From NCBI GenBank assembly GCA_035299365.1, contig DATGWS010000231.1, positions 1-58,238 of the forward strand: DNA of 58,238 bases. The letters run 5' to 3'. This document shows, one piece after another, positions 17,017-26,309 of the stretch. The notes beneath the pieces are model-generated. The model saw only the letters and a list, made by a program, of their open reading frames with translations. It did not search any database and was not told the DNA's origin. How positions within the stretch are numbered: the first letter of the stretch is position 1; each line of letters starts with the position of its first letter. The DNA comes from Candidatus Didemnitutus sp. (lineage in GTDB: Bacteria; Bacteroidota; Ignavibacteria; Kapaibacteriales; Kapaibacteriaceae). Both the position numbers and the translations under genes were made by a program.

Positions 17017-18972
17017 ATGATTACGTCGAGATCCTTCTTTCGCGGCTGCCTCACATTGATAGCCGCACTATCGCTTGTCTCGTGCTCTAAGGACGATGGC
17101 TCATCCGGCGGAGCATTTTCCGGAGATGCAGCCTCACGCGTTTATGTTGCTCCAGGACAAAAGGACGAGTTCTATAGCTTTGTCTCAGGGGGCTTTAGCG
17201 GACAACTTGCCGTTTATGGTATTCCAAGCGGTAGGCTCTTCCGCGTTATCCCTGTCTTCTCCGTAGATCCGGAAAAGGGATGGGGCTTTACAGAAGAGAC
17301 AAAGCCAATGCTCAATACATCGCACGGTTTTGTCCCATGGGATGATTCGCACCACCCGGATATGTCGCAAACAGGTGGCGTAGCAGATGGCAAATGGGTT
17401 TTCATCAATGGAAACAATACGCCCCGAATCGCCCGCATTGACCTAACGGACTTCCGGACAAAGGAAATCCTAGAGATCCCAAACAGCGCAGGCAACCACT
17501 CTTCACCGTTCTCCACCGAGAACTCTGAATACGTGGTCTCCGGTACACGGTTCTCCGTACCTATTCCTCAAGAAGACATCTCTATCACACAATATTCGGA
17601 GAAGTTTCGCGGAGCTCTCACGTTTGTGAAGGTAGACAAGACATCTGGTCAGATGGATATCGACTTCCAGCTTCTCGTTCCTGGTTTTGATTACGACCTC
17701 GCACGTGCTGGCAAAGGTCCTTCACACGATTGGATGTTTATGTCGTGCTACAACACGGAACAAGCCAATACGATGAAAGAGATCAATGCTTCGCAGAACG
17801 ACAAAGACTTCATCATTGCGATCAACTGGAAAAAGTGCGCCGAACTTGCTGCCCAAGGCAAGGGCACGATCATGAATGTAGACTACGCTCACAATGTCTA
17901 CAATGATGCTACCCACTCAGCTACATCTACAATCAAGAAGCAGATCCGCATCCTTACAACTGCCGACATCAAGGGCGCACTCTATTACATGCCAACGCCA
18001 AAGTCACCACACGGCTGCGATGTTGATCCTTCCGGTGAACTCATTGTTGGTGGCGGCAAGCTTGCAACCGTTATCCCTGTAATGTCCTTCAGCAAGATGT
18101 TAAAGGCCATCGAAAGCGGAAAATTCGACAAAGAGATTGATGGCATTCCTGTATTGAACTACAAAGACTGTCTTGCAGGTGAAGTTGTACGTCCAGGCCT
18201 TGGACCTCTGCATACAGAGTTCGACGGAAAGGGCTATGCTTACACGTCGATGTTCGTTTCTTCAGAGATCGTCAAGTGGTCACTCAAGGACTTCAAGGTT
18301 GTAGATCGCGTTCCAACGTACTACTCCATTGGCCACCTCAATATCCCCGGTGGCAACTCTACAAAGCCTTGGGGCAAATACGTGATTGCGTATAACAAGA
18401 TCACCAAGGACAGATACCTGCCTACTGGTCCTGAGCTTACGCAGTCTGCACAGCTCTATGATATCTCCGGCGAGAAAATGAAGCTTCTTCTCGACTTCCC
18501 AACGATCGGTGAACCTCACTACGCTGTGGCGTGTCCGGCCGATCTGATCATGAAGAACTCGCGCAAGATGTATCAGCTTAAAGAGAACAAACACCCACAT
18601 GCAACGCTCAAAGAAGCAGACACCAAGGTAACCCGTAGTGGTAATGAGGTGCACGTCTACATGACGTCTATTCGTTCACACTTTTCACCCGACAACATCG
18701 AGGGTGTAAAGGTCGGAGACAAGGTGTATTGGCACGTAACCAATCTTGAACAAGACTGGGACGTTCCACACGGTTTTGCTGTGATCGGTGCCAACAACTC
18801 CGAACTCCTCATCATGCCGGGCGAAACATGCACGTTGCTCTGGGAACCAAAACGTGCCGGCGTCTTCCCGTTCTATTGCACAGACTTTTGCTCTGCTCTC
18901 CACCAGGAAATGCAAGGGTACGTTCGCGTCTCCAATGGCGGTAGTGGCCAGGTGACGTGGAATAAGAAATAA
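17017..18972 (+). CDS. nosZ: nitrous-oxide reductase NosZ, Sec-type (clade II)
   Basis: Trimmed to ATG 17017. Leader MITSRSFFRGCLTLIAALSLVSC has no twin-Arg. Propeller region carries conserved His ('DDSHHPDMSQ', 'AGNHSSPF', 'SPHGCDV'). C-terminal cupredoxin CuA motif 'CTDFCSALHQEMQGY'. Confidence 0.9.
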   Translation: MITSRSFFRGCLTLIAALSLVSCSKDDGSSGGAFSGDAASRVYVAPGQKDEFYSFVSGGFSGQLAVYGIPSGRLFRVIPVFSVDPEKGWGFTEETKPMLNTSHGFVPWDDSHHPDMSQTGGVADGKWVFINGNNTPRIARIDLTDFRTKEILEIPNSAGNHSSPFSTENSEYVVSGTRFSVPIPQEDISITQYSEKFRGALTFVKVDKTSGQMDIDFQLLVPGFDYDLARAGKGPSHDWMFMSCYNTEQANTMKEINASQNDKDFIIAINWKKCAELAAQGKGTIMNVDYAHNVYNDATHSATSTIKKQIRILTTADIKGALYYMPTPKSPHGCDVDPSGELIVGGGKLATVIPVMSFSKMLKAIESGKFDKEIDGIPVLNYKDCLAGEVVRPGLGPLHTEFDGKGYAYTSMFVSSEIVKWSLKDFKVVDRVPTYYSIGHLNIPGGNSTKPWGKYVIAYNKITKDRYLPTGPELTQSAQLYDISGEKMKLLLDFPTIGEPHYAVACPADLIMKNSRKMYQLKENKHPHATLKEADTKVTRSGNEVHVYMTSIRSHFSPDNIEGVKVGDKVYWHVTNLEQDWDVPHGFAVIGANNSELLIMPGETCTLLWEPKRAGVFPFYCTDFCSALHQEMQGYVRVSNGGSGQVTWNKK

Positions 18973-18984
18973 CGGAGTATTACC

Positions 18985-19572
18985 ATGAAACCCCTTCATC
19001 GGATCCTGATGGCACTGGGAGCAGTAGCCCTTCTCGGACTCTTCTTCTTCCCAATGTGGTCGATCACACTTGAGGCACCTCAGTATCCGAAAGGCAGCGA
19101 ACTAGGAATTGACATCCACATCAACAACGTGGAGGGTTCTCGGCCGAATGATCTCGACAACATCAACAACCTCAATCACTACATCGGCATGAAGCGTATT
19201 GAGCCTGACTCGATCCCAGAGCTAAAGTACATGCCGGTGATCGTTTTGGTCCTCGTTGGCCTTGGTCTCCTTGTGGCTGCCTTTGGCAAACGCTGGATGA
19301 TCCTCGTGTGGTTGGGCTTGTTGACTGGTGCCGGAGCTCTTGGGATGTACGATTTCTGGCTGTGGGAGTACGACTATGGACACAATCTTGATCCGCATGC
19401 GATCATTAAGATCGAGGGAATGTCCTATCAGCCACCACTCCTCGGCACGGAACAACTCCTGAATTTCACGGCCAGTTCCTATCCTGCTGTTGGATTTGCC
19501 TTCATTGCTCTCGGTGGACTTCTCGCTGTGATAGCATGGTGGCTAAGCCGACAACGCACAACTACTCACTAG
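18985..19572 (+). CDS. integral membrane protein in the position of nosB of clade II nos clusters
   Basis: 195 aa with ~4 TM segments. It lies immediately 3' of nosZ (12-nt gap), where atypical nos clusters carry a TM protein of unknown function. Assignment is by position, not by alignment. Confidence 0.5.
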   Translation: MKPLHRILMALGAVALLGLFFFPMWSITLEAPQYPKGSELGIDIHINNVEGSRPNDLDNINNLNHYIGMKRIEPDSIPELKYMPVIVLVLVGLGLLVAAFGKRWMILVWLGLLTGAGALGMYDFWLWEYDYGHNLDPHAIIKIEGMSYQPPLLGTEQLLNFTASSYPAVGFAFIALGGLLAVIAWWLSRQRTTTH

Positions 19573-19592
19573 TATTCCATCGAAGCCCCCTT

Positions 19593-20039
19593 ATGAAAAC
19601 ACTCATCATCTCCTCAGTCCTGGCATGTGTGGTACTTATCACGTCGTGCTCAGAACCTGAACCACGCAACATTGCCTATGGCAGTGACCAATGTGCTTCA
19701 TGCCGGATGGCCGTTACGGATCAGAAATTCGGTGCTGAGATCGTAACCACCACTGGGAAGATCTATACATTCGATTCACCGGAATGTATGATCGAGTGGA
19801 CTGAAGGGGGCTCCGTGTCTAAGTCTGATATCCATTCGTATTGGGTTACTGACTTCCTCCAACCCGGAAGCCTGATCGAAGCTCGCACGGCATGTTATCT
19901 CGAAAGCGAAATGATTCATTCCCCTATGGGATTGAACGTAGCTGCATTCCGCGATCAGCATGCCTGCGAGCGCGCTCGGGTGAATTTTGTTGGCACTGTA
20001 CGAACATATGATGACGTAGTCCACCTTGTAAACGATTGA
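19593..20039 (+). CDS. nosL: copper-binding lipoprotein NosL
   Basis: Trimmed to ATG 19593 (MKTLIISSVLACVVLITSC, lipobox). 'CASCRMAV' motif, ~150 aa, within the nos cluster. Confidence 0.75.
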   Translation: MKTLIISSVLACVVLITSCSEPEPRNIAYGSDQCASCRMAVTDQKFGAEIVTTTGKIYTFDSPECMIEWTEGGSVSKSDIHSYWVTDFLQPGSLIEARTACYLESEMIHSPMGLNVAAFRDQHACERARVNFVGTVRTYDDVVHLVND

Positions 20040-20079
20040 TCGGTCGGCAACTCTCCAATCAACCTTGAGTCTGTACATC

Positions 20080-20865
20080 ATGAGTTCGTTTCAAATATTC
20101 CTCCTTGCGCTCGTGGCATTGTCTGTTGTAGGCTGCTCGTCTACAACGGACCCTGTACCGCCCCCTACCATCGATAAATTGCTCATCAGCAGTGCAACGG
20201 ATGCCGGATATACGGCAGAGGTCTACGCTACTGTGGCTCTTGCCGAGGGATACAACCCACTCTTTGTGCGTGTACTCCACAATGGTGTTGCTCTTTCAGA
20301 CGCACACGTTACAGTGGTACCAGACATGGACATGGGGACCATGCATCACTCTTGTCCGGTTGTGCAGCCCAACGACAGTATTCCGGACAGCACAGGCCTC
20401 TACAACTGCGCAGTGTTCTTTACCATGCCTAGCGCGACAGATTGGAAGGTAGGCGTAACGATCCACGACCATAGAACTGACACTACCGTTACTGTTCATG
20501 TCCCTGTATCGGTATCTGCAAATGGCAACGTGCGGATCGTTCAGGGTGCAGCTACCACGAAGTACATATTCACGTTGCTCAGTGATGGGTGGAAGGTTGG
20601 AATGAATGACGTGAAGTTCAACGTCTACCGCACAACGGATGGCTATGACCATACACCGGTTGATGATGCATCACTGAAGATGGTCCCAACCATGCCCTCA
20701 ATGGGTCACGGCTCTATGGGTAATGTTCACCCATCCTCAACAGATGGCGGATGGTATACCGGTCGCGCAAACTTCACCATGACCGGTGATTGGCAACTTG
20801 ATCTTACTGTTACCACCATGGATGCTCAGTCCTTTAACGCGAAGTACCAGATTGCTGTTCACTGA
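20080..20865 (+). CDS. lipoprotein with two tandem YtkA/FixH-like domains carrying Met/His-rich motifs (putative periplasmic Cu binding)
   Basis: Trimmed to ATG 20080 (MSSFQIFLLALVALSVVGC). Two ~110-aa repeats each contain a Met/His cluster ('VVPDMDMGTMHHSCP' and 'MVPTMPSMGHGSMGNVHP'). Each ends in a '(F)FTM..(D)W(K/Q)(V/L)' strand. Confidence 0.5.
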   Translation: MSSFQIFLLALVALSVVGCSSTTDPVPPPTIDKLLISSATDAGYTAEVYATVALAEGYNPLFVRVLHNGVALSDAHVTVVPDMDMGTMHHSCPVVQPNDSIPDSTGLYNCAVFFTMPSATDWKVGVTIHDHRTDTTVTVHVPVSVSANGNVRIVQGAATTKYIFTLLSDGWKVGMNDVKFNVYRTTDGYDHTPVDDASLKMVPTMPSMGHGSMGNVHPSSTDGGWYTGRANFTMTGDWQLDLTVTTMDAQSFNAKYQIAVH

Positions 20866-20867
20866 CC

Positions 20868-22874
20868 ATGAACGTCGTTGTTACCATAACTACCCTACTC
20901 CTCTTCTCAGCAACGGTAGCACGTTCTCAAGACACACTGCGCACCATAGTTGTACGGGAGGTGGTGGTTGAGGCAGATCCTCTATTGAAGTCGTGGCGGT
21001 TGAATCGCCCCTTATCATCATCCGGTTCCGTAGATGATCTTATGCGCTTGGGCGGTCTCACACTCATTCAACGCGCTAATGGATTTGCCGGCGAAGCCTC
21101 CATGTTAGGTCTCCGCGGCGGACAGATGAATACATCCATCGATGGTATGAAAATCCATGCTGCATGTGTTGACAAAATGGATCCGTCAACAGCATATGTT
21201 GAGATCGACAACCTTTCAACACTAGATGTATCGTCGGACGCAACGGATCTGAGGTACGGGCAAAATCTTGGTGGCTCGGTGAACTTCACTCTGAAGCAGC
21301 CTGCTCTGAACACGCCAGTTCGTTCGGTGATCGACATCTCGGGTGAGTCCAATGCCTCTATGCGCAGGTTGCGCGCAGATGTGTCCGGAGGAACTCCAGA
21401 CATAGCACTCCGAGCCGGGTACACGCTCCGGTCAGCCGATGACATGCGATCAGGCGATGGTACAACAATCGCATTGTCAGGATTCACTAAACACAATCTT
21501 CAGATAGGGGGCTTGTGGAAGGTTGGAGATCATGATAATGTTTCAGCAGTGCTGATCGCAGATCTAGCAACGGACGTGGGATATCCGGCATTGATCATGG
21601 ATACGCGAAAGGCACAAGCGCTTATTGGTGCTGTTACATGGCGGTCTGTGTGGTCATCGTTCGTTACCACCTCTACAAAGGTGTATGCGAATTCCGTTGA
21701 CCACAGCATGGACGATTATGATCGCCCCCTATCAGAGATTCAGAACCGGGCCTTCATGCCGAATATGTACATGCCGATGGTGGGTACTACCGCCGTCTAC
21801 GGATTGATCGTGGAGAGCGCCTACGCCGCATCGGAAGACATACTAAAGGTTGTTATCGATGGCACCTACCTCGCAGCCACGGCTACGATGAGCATGATGC
21901 CTCTCGATACCACAGTCTCTTCCATGCAATTGACCAACATTGGTGATGCCCGCGTTAGCACGCTCGGTACGAGTATCTCGTGGGAGAGAATGTTGTCGGA
22001 TGATCTCACCGTGCGTGTTGGGACTCGTGTTGATCTTTCCTCGCGAACCATTGAGGATAACCAATTCCGCAGTGTACTTGGTGGATATTTCCCAGGTATG
22101 GAACTCGACCGATTGACTGGTGCACTTTCCGCAAATGTCTCGGCGTATTACACGATAGCCGAGGGACTAAATGTATGGTCGGTCCTCGCTCGTAGTGAAC
22201 GTATGCCCACGCACTTGGAGCTTTACGGATTCTGGCTCTACGATCCTCAGGCAAACATCGTTACCATCGGACGTCCGGATCTGTCCAACGAGCAAGCATG
22301 GTCACTGGATATTGGTACCTCCTACCGTGATGAAGATCTTTCGCTCTCTATCTCCGGATGGATCCGCACAATCAACAACTATATCGCCGCAGTGCCCACT
22401 ATAGACACGTCTACAACTGGTGAGCCCCCTACCCGCACCATGGGCAGTATCGGTACAGCAGATCTTATGGGTTTTGATGCACGTGCAACCGTCCGTGTAC
22501 TACCGTGGTGGAGTATGCAGGCATCGGTACGGGGCATCTGGGGTGTTGGAGTTACGATCGACGATCCGCTTCCTCTAATCGCGCCTGTTCAGGCATCGAT
22601 ACGGGCAGTTGTTGGTGAACGTGTACTGCAAGGTGAATTAGCAGTCTTTGCGTCCACTGCCCAAAACCGCATATCACGCTCGATCCTACCGGAGGATGCC
22701 ACTGCTTCGTGGGCACGGGCAGACGTCTTGATCGCCTGGCGACCGATCGCCGAACTACGGATCCAGGCATCGTGCACAAACGTACTCGATACGTTTTATC
22801 ACGAGCATACCAGTATCAACAACATGCCGTCACGCGGACGCTCATTCAATCTAGGCGTCCGAGCAGAACTATGA
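20868..22874 (+). CDS. TonB-dependent outer-membrane receptor embedded in the nos operon
   Basis: Signal peptide, then plug-type N-terminus ('TIVVREVVVEAD...', 'RGGQMNTSIDGMKIH') and a long beta-barrel. Starts 2 nt after the lipoprotein stop, and its TGA overlaps the nosD ATG. Confidence 0.8.
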   Translation: MNVVVTITTLLLFSATVARSQDTLRTIVVREVVVEADPLLKSWRLNRPLSSSGSVDDLMRLGGLTLIQRANGFAGEASMLGLRGGQMNTSIDGMKIHAACVDKMDPSTAYVEIDNLSTLDVSSDATDLRYGQNLGGSVNFTLKQPALNTPVRSVIDISGESNASMRRLRADVSGGTPDIALRAGYTLRSADDMRSGDGTTIALSGFTKHNLQIGGLWKVGDHDNVSAVLIADLATDVGYPALIMDTRKAQALIGAVTWRSVWSSFVTTSTKVYANSVDHSMDDYDRPLSEIQNRAFMPNMYMPMVGTTAVYGLIVESAYAASEDILKVVIDGTYLAATATMSMMPLDTTVSSMQLTNIGDARVSTLGTSISWERMLSDDLTVRVGTRVDLSSRTIEDNQFRSVLGGYFPGMELDRLTGALSANVSAYYTIAEGLNVWSVLARSERMPTHLELYGFWLYDPQANIVTIGRPDLSNEQAWSLDIGTSYRDEDLSLSISGWIRTINNYIAAVPTIDTSTTGEPPTRTMGSIGTADLMGFDARATVRVLPWWSMQASVRGIWGVGVTIDDPLPLIAPVQASIRAVVGERVLQGELAVFASTAQNRISRSILPEDATASWARADVLIAWRPIAELRIQASCTNVLDTFYHEHTSINNMPSRGRSFNLGVRAEL

Positions 22875-24109
22875 AATACTTCGCAACGATCATCATCTCT
22901 CTCCTTGCCCTCAACGTATCGGCACATACCTTCCGTGCCTATACGTCGGGTGCTACAACGTTGCGTTCGGCAATAGCCATGGCGCATGATGGAGACACGA
23001 TTCTTGTGATGCCTGGCGTTCACAATGGAAGCGACTTTCAGGTTACCACTCGTGTAACGATCATCGGTAAACACGGTGCCGTAGTAGATGCACGGTCAAA
23101 GGGTGGCTCGATCTTCATTGTAAACGCAGATGGTGTAGCCTTTCGATCCCTCACCATCCGCAACGTGGCCATGAGCTACGTAGATGACAACGCGGCCATC
23201 AAGGTGATGAAAAGATCCGGCTTCGACATTGATGGCTGTAGAATTGAGAATGGGTTCTTTGCGATCTACCTCAGTAACTCTGCCAATTGCCGTATCGCAA
23301 ACAACACCATCATCGGCACCATGCGCGACGAGTCGGCCTCCGGCAATGGCATCCATGCATGGACATGTAGGAACATCCTCGTTACAGGCAATACCATCAT
23401 TGGCCACCGCGATGGCATCTACTTCGAATTCATGCGTCGTGGCACTGTCCTTAACAATCACAGCGAACGCAATGCTCGTTATGGACTTCACTTCATGTTC
23501 TCGGATTCATGTTCCTACCATAACAACATCTTCGGTGCGAATGGTGCAGGTGTAGCCGTGATGTACACCAAGAACATTGAAATGGTCGGTAACACATTTC
23601 GCGACAATTGGGGCCCAACGTCGTACGGACTTCTCCTCAAGGATATCACGGACGGTCACCTCAATGGCAATCACTTTGAACGGAACAGTATAGCCATTCA
23701 CGGAGAGGGGGCTAGCCGTCTCCTCATCGAGAACAATACCTTCCTCCGCAATGGATACGGCTTCCGCATTCTTGGCGGTTGTGAAGACAACACCGTTGTT
23801 CACAACACCTTTGATGGTAACACCTTTGACGTAACAACAAACACGCGCGAATCAAACAACCACTTCCAAGGCAACTACTGGAGCGCATACGAGGGATATG
23901 ATCTCAATCGCGATGGAATTGGTGATGTGCCATATCATCCTGTGCGTTTGTATTCGTTGTTGGTAGAACAACTTCCTTCCTCCGTGATCCTTATGCACAC
24001 GGCCTTCATCACTATGCTGGATCTTGCCGAGCGAATCGTACCAACAGTAACGCCGGAGACGCTGGTTGATGCAAAGCCCCTTATGCGACCTTTCACACAA
24101 CGACCATGA
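22871..24109 (+). CDS. nosD: NosD periplasmic beta-helix copper-maturation protein
   Basis: Trimmed to ATG 22871 (MKYFATIIISLLALNVSAHT). Repeated parallel beta-helix turns ('NNTIIGTMRD', 'GNTIIGHRDGIYF', 'NNIFGANGAGVAVMY', 'GNHFERNSIAIH'). ATGA overlap with nosF. Confidence 0.85.
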   Translation: MKYFATIIISLLALNVSAHTFRAYTSGATTLRSAIAMAHDGDTILVMPGVHNGSDFQVTTRVTIIGKHGAVVDARSKGGSIFIVNADGVAFRSLTIRNVAMSYVDDNAAIKVMKRSGFDIDGCRIENGFFAIYLSNSANCRIANNTIIGTMRDESASGNGIHAWTCRNILVTGNTIIGHRDGIYFEFMRRGTVLNNHSERNARYGLHFMFSDSCSYHNNIFGANGAGVAVMYTKNIEMVGNTFRDNWGPTSYGLLLKDITDGHLNGNHFERNSIAIHGEGASRLLIENNTFLRNGYGFRILGGCEDNTVVHNTFDGNTFDVTTNTRESNNHFQGNYWSAYEGYDLNRDGIGDVPYHPVRLYSLLVEQLPSSVILMHTAFITMLDLAERIVPTVTPETLVDAKPLMRPFTQRP

Positions 24110-24828
24110 TCAGCATTAACCACCTTCAGAAGTCCTTTCGATCGCTGCGAGTGATCAAGGATCTCACTACAACCCTTCCGTCCGGCAGTGTAACAGCCGT
24201 CATTGGTCCAAATGGCAGCGGAAAAACGACACTCATGAAGAGCATCGTTGGTCTCGTTCAGCCAGACTCGGGATCGATCCTCGTTGACGGCACAACTACG
24301 ATCAACAACCCGTCAAGCCGAATGCACATCGGGTATATGTCCCAAGTGGCACGGTATCCGGAGAACCTCACACCAACGGATCTGATCCAAATGGTAGGGG
24401 GCGTGCGGGCCGGACTCACCACTGACATCGCAGATGAGCTCATTACAGACATGCAACTCGAAGACCACATGAAGAAGCCGATGCGTGCTTTGAGTGGTGG
24501 TACCCGTCAGAAGGTGGGTGCCGTGATAGCCTTCATGTTCCGTCCCACAACGTTGCTGCTCGACGAACCAACAGCCGGGCTCGATCCCGTTGTCACGGAG
24601 CGGTTGAAAGAACGCATCTCAGCACTTCGTGATGGCGGAACCACGATTCTCATCACCTCTCACGTGTTGTCGGAAATCCAGGAACTGGCAGACCGCATCA
24701 TCTACCTGCATGAAGGTCTTGTGATGTTCGACGGTGCAGTACAAGAGCTTCTCACACAGACCGGACATACATCTCTATCGAAGTCTGTGGCATCTATCAT
24801 GTCGAGAGAATTGGGCGGTGTACAATGA
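24106..24828 (+). CDS. nosF: NosF ABC-transporter ATPase
   Basis: Walker A 'GPNGSGKTT', signature 'LSGGTRQK', Walker B 'LLLDEPTAGLD'. Lies between nosD and nosY. Confidence 0.85.
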   Translation: MISINHLQKSFRSLRVIKDLTTTLPSGSVTAVIGPNGSGKTTLMKSIVGLVQPDSGSILVDGTTTINNPSSRMHIGYMSQVARYPENLTPTDLIQMVGGVRAGLTTDIADELITDMQLEDHMKKPMRALSGGTRQKVGAVIAFMFRPTTLLLDEPTAGLDPVVTERLKERISALRDGGTTILITSHVLSEIQELADRIIYLHEGLVMFDGAVQELLTQTGHTSLSKSVASIMSRELGGVQ

Positions 24829-25607
24829 GAACCACCTCACTCCTCCTGAAATACGTCGTACGCGACGTGATGCGTAGCAAATGGCTTGGACTGTACCTCA
24901 TCTTCTTTGCAGCAGTGACAGAGGGTCTTCTTTTCTTCACAGCCGGTGAAGCCAAGACCGTTGTCGGACTAATGAACGTAGTCCTTCTTCTCATCCCCTT
25001 GGCTGCCGCAGTGTTCGGTACACTCCACGTTCATCACAACCGAGACTTCGTAGAGCTTATGCTCACGCAGCCCGTATCTCGTAACGCCATCTACGTTGCT
25101 CTCTACCTCGGCGTTAGCCTACCGTTCCTCATTGCTTTTGTTGTTGGTATTGGTGTACCTGCTGCCGTGCATGGTGTATTGCTTACAGCACCCATCCTTA
25201 CTTTGCTAGCAACCGGTTGTGCACTGACCATGGTCTTCTTTGCGATCGCCTACCTCATCGGTGTGATCGTCCAAGACAAGGCAGCCGCCATGGGTGTTGC
25301 GTTCATCTCCTGGCTTTCGTTCGCCGTCTTGTATGATGGCGTGATCCTTGTTCTTACGGTACTGTTCGCCGACTACCCGCTCGAAAAGGCCACCATTGCG
25401 ATGGTCGTCTGCAATCCCATCGATCTGGCCCGCATCATCGTTATGCTCACGTTCGATTATGCCGCGCTCATGGGCTATACGGGGGCTGTGTTCCAAGAGT
25501 TCTTCGGCACAGCAACCGGTGTTGTTATCTCTTCCTGTTCACTCATTGTCTGGACGCTTCTTCCGGTCTTCATTGGCCGTAGAGCATTCGGGCGTAAAGA
25601 CTGGTGA
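24825..25607 (+). CDS. nosY: NosY ABC-2 type permease
   Basis: 260 aa with ~6 TM segments. ATGA overlap with nosF. Confidence 0.8.
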   Translation: MRTTSLLLKYVVRDVMRSKWLGLYLIFFAAVTEGLLFFTAGEAKTVVGLMNVVLLLIPLAAAVFGTLHVHHNRDFVELMLTQPVSRNAIYVALYLGVSLPFLIAFVVGIGVPAAVHGVLLTAPILTLLATGCALTMVFFAIAYLIGVIVQDKAAAMGVAFISWLSFAVLYDGVILVLTVLFADYPLEKATIAMVVCNPIDLARIIVMLTFDYAALMGYTGAVFQEFFGTATGVVISSCSLIVWTLLPVFIGRRAFGRKDW

Positions 25608-25645
25608 TCGTTCTTCCCTCTTCTCCCAACTTTCGGAGTTTTCAC

Positions 25646-26194
25646 ATGCGTACGTTATTGACACTCGCTCTTATCTGTAGCACGGCATTCGTGTTCGGAT
25701 GTTCGTCCAGCTCAGAGCAACCAAAGGAAGCAGAAGCAGTGGCTGGAGGTCCTTCAGGTCAAGCCCTTGTGCAAGACGATGAATCACAGCCAGACATCCT
25801 TAAGGTAGCCGGTGGGTCCAAAGATCACACCACATTAGTTGCGGCCATTAAGGCAGCAGGACTTGAGAACACCCTGTCCAATGCGGGCCCCTTTACAGTC
25901 TTTGCTCCAACAGATGCTGCGTTCGGCAAACTTCCAGCTGGAACCGTTGAGGATCTTGTGAAGCCGGAGAACATTGACAAGCTCTCAACGATACTGTATC
26001 ACCACGTTTTGACGTCGGCCATGGACCAGTCCAACTTCACTAATGGTCAAGTTGTGAAGATGTTTGACGGTTCTCCAGTGACCATGACCATCGACGGAGA
26101 TGGTTGGAAGATCGATGGTGCTAAGATCGTGGGATCTGTCCGCGCCTCGAACGGCTGGGTTCACGTAGTGGATGCCGTTGTGGTTCCGAAGTAG
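25646..26194 (+). CDS. fasciclin (FAS1) domain lipoprotein
   Basis: Trimmed to ATG 25646 (MRTLLTLALICSTAFVFGC). 'TVFAPTDAAFGKLPAGTVEDL', 'ILYHHVL' and 'NGWVHVVDAVVVPK'. Confidence 0.8.
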   Translation: MRTLLTLALICSTAFVFGCSSSSEQPKEAEAVAGGPSGQALVQDDESQPDILKVAGGSKDHTTLVAAIKAAGLENTLSNAGPFTVFAPTDAAFGKLPAGTVEDLVKPENIDKLSTILYHHVLTSAMDQSNFTNGQVVKMFDGSPVTMTIDGDGWKIDGAKIVGSVRASNGWVHVVDAVVVPK

Positions 26195-26219
26195 AAACCC
26201 AATATCGATACGGATACAA

Positions 26220-26249
26220 GGGTCGGCACGAACACGTGCCGGCCCTTTT
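26220..26249 (+). terminator. Rho-independent terminator closing the Rrf2-nos-fasciclin operon
   Basis: GGGTCGGCACG (26220-26230) pairs with CGTGCCGGCCC (26235-26245) with one G-U pair and an AACA loop. TTTT follows at 26246-26249. Confidence 0.7.
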
Positions 26250-26309
26250 CCATGTGATTTGGTTACGTTGCGTTTCATTCTGTAGACATTCCACATCCAT
26301 CAGGAAGAC

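Noticed and set aside
17017-17040. Tat export of NosZ suggested by the 'SRSFFR' motif.
   Set aside because: There is no twin arginine. Together with the cytochrome c and nosB-like context, this fits a Sec-dependent clade II enzyme. The resemblance is recorded only as a possible vestige.
20040-22874. The lipoprotein + receptor insertion in the nos operon as a recently acquired mobile island.
   Set aside because: There are no flanking direct or inverted repeats, integrase, transposase or tRNA. The translational coupling on both sides argues for an integrated, co-evolved part of the operon.
26261-26294. Third copy of the shared ECF-like motif upstream of the bestrophin gene (GGTTACGTTGCG ... 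CATTCCAC).
   Set aside because: The -35-like half differs at several positions, and the spacing between halves is 4 nt longer than in the two good copies. It is not counted as a site, only mentioned.
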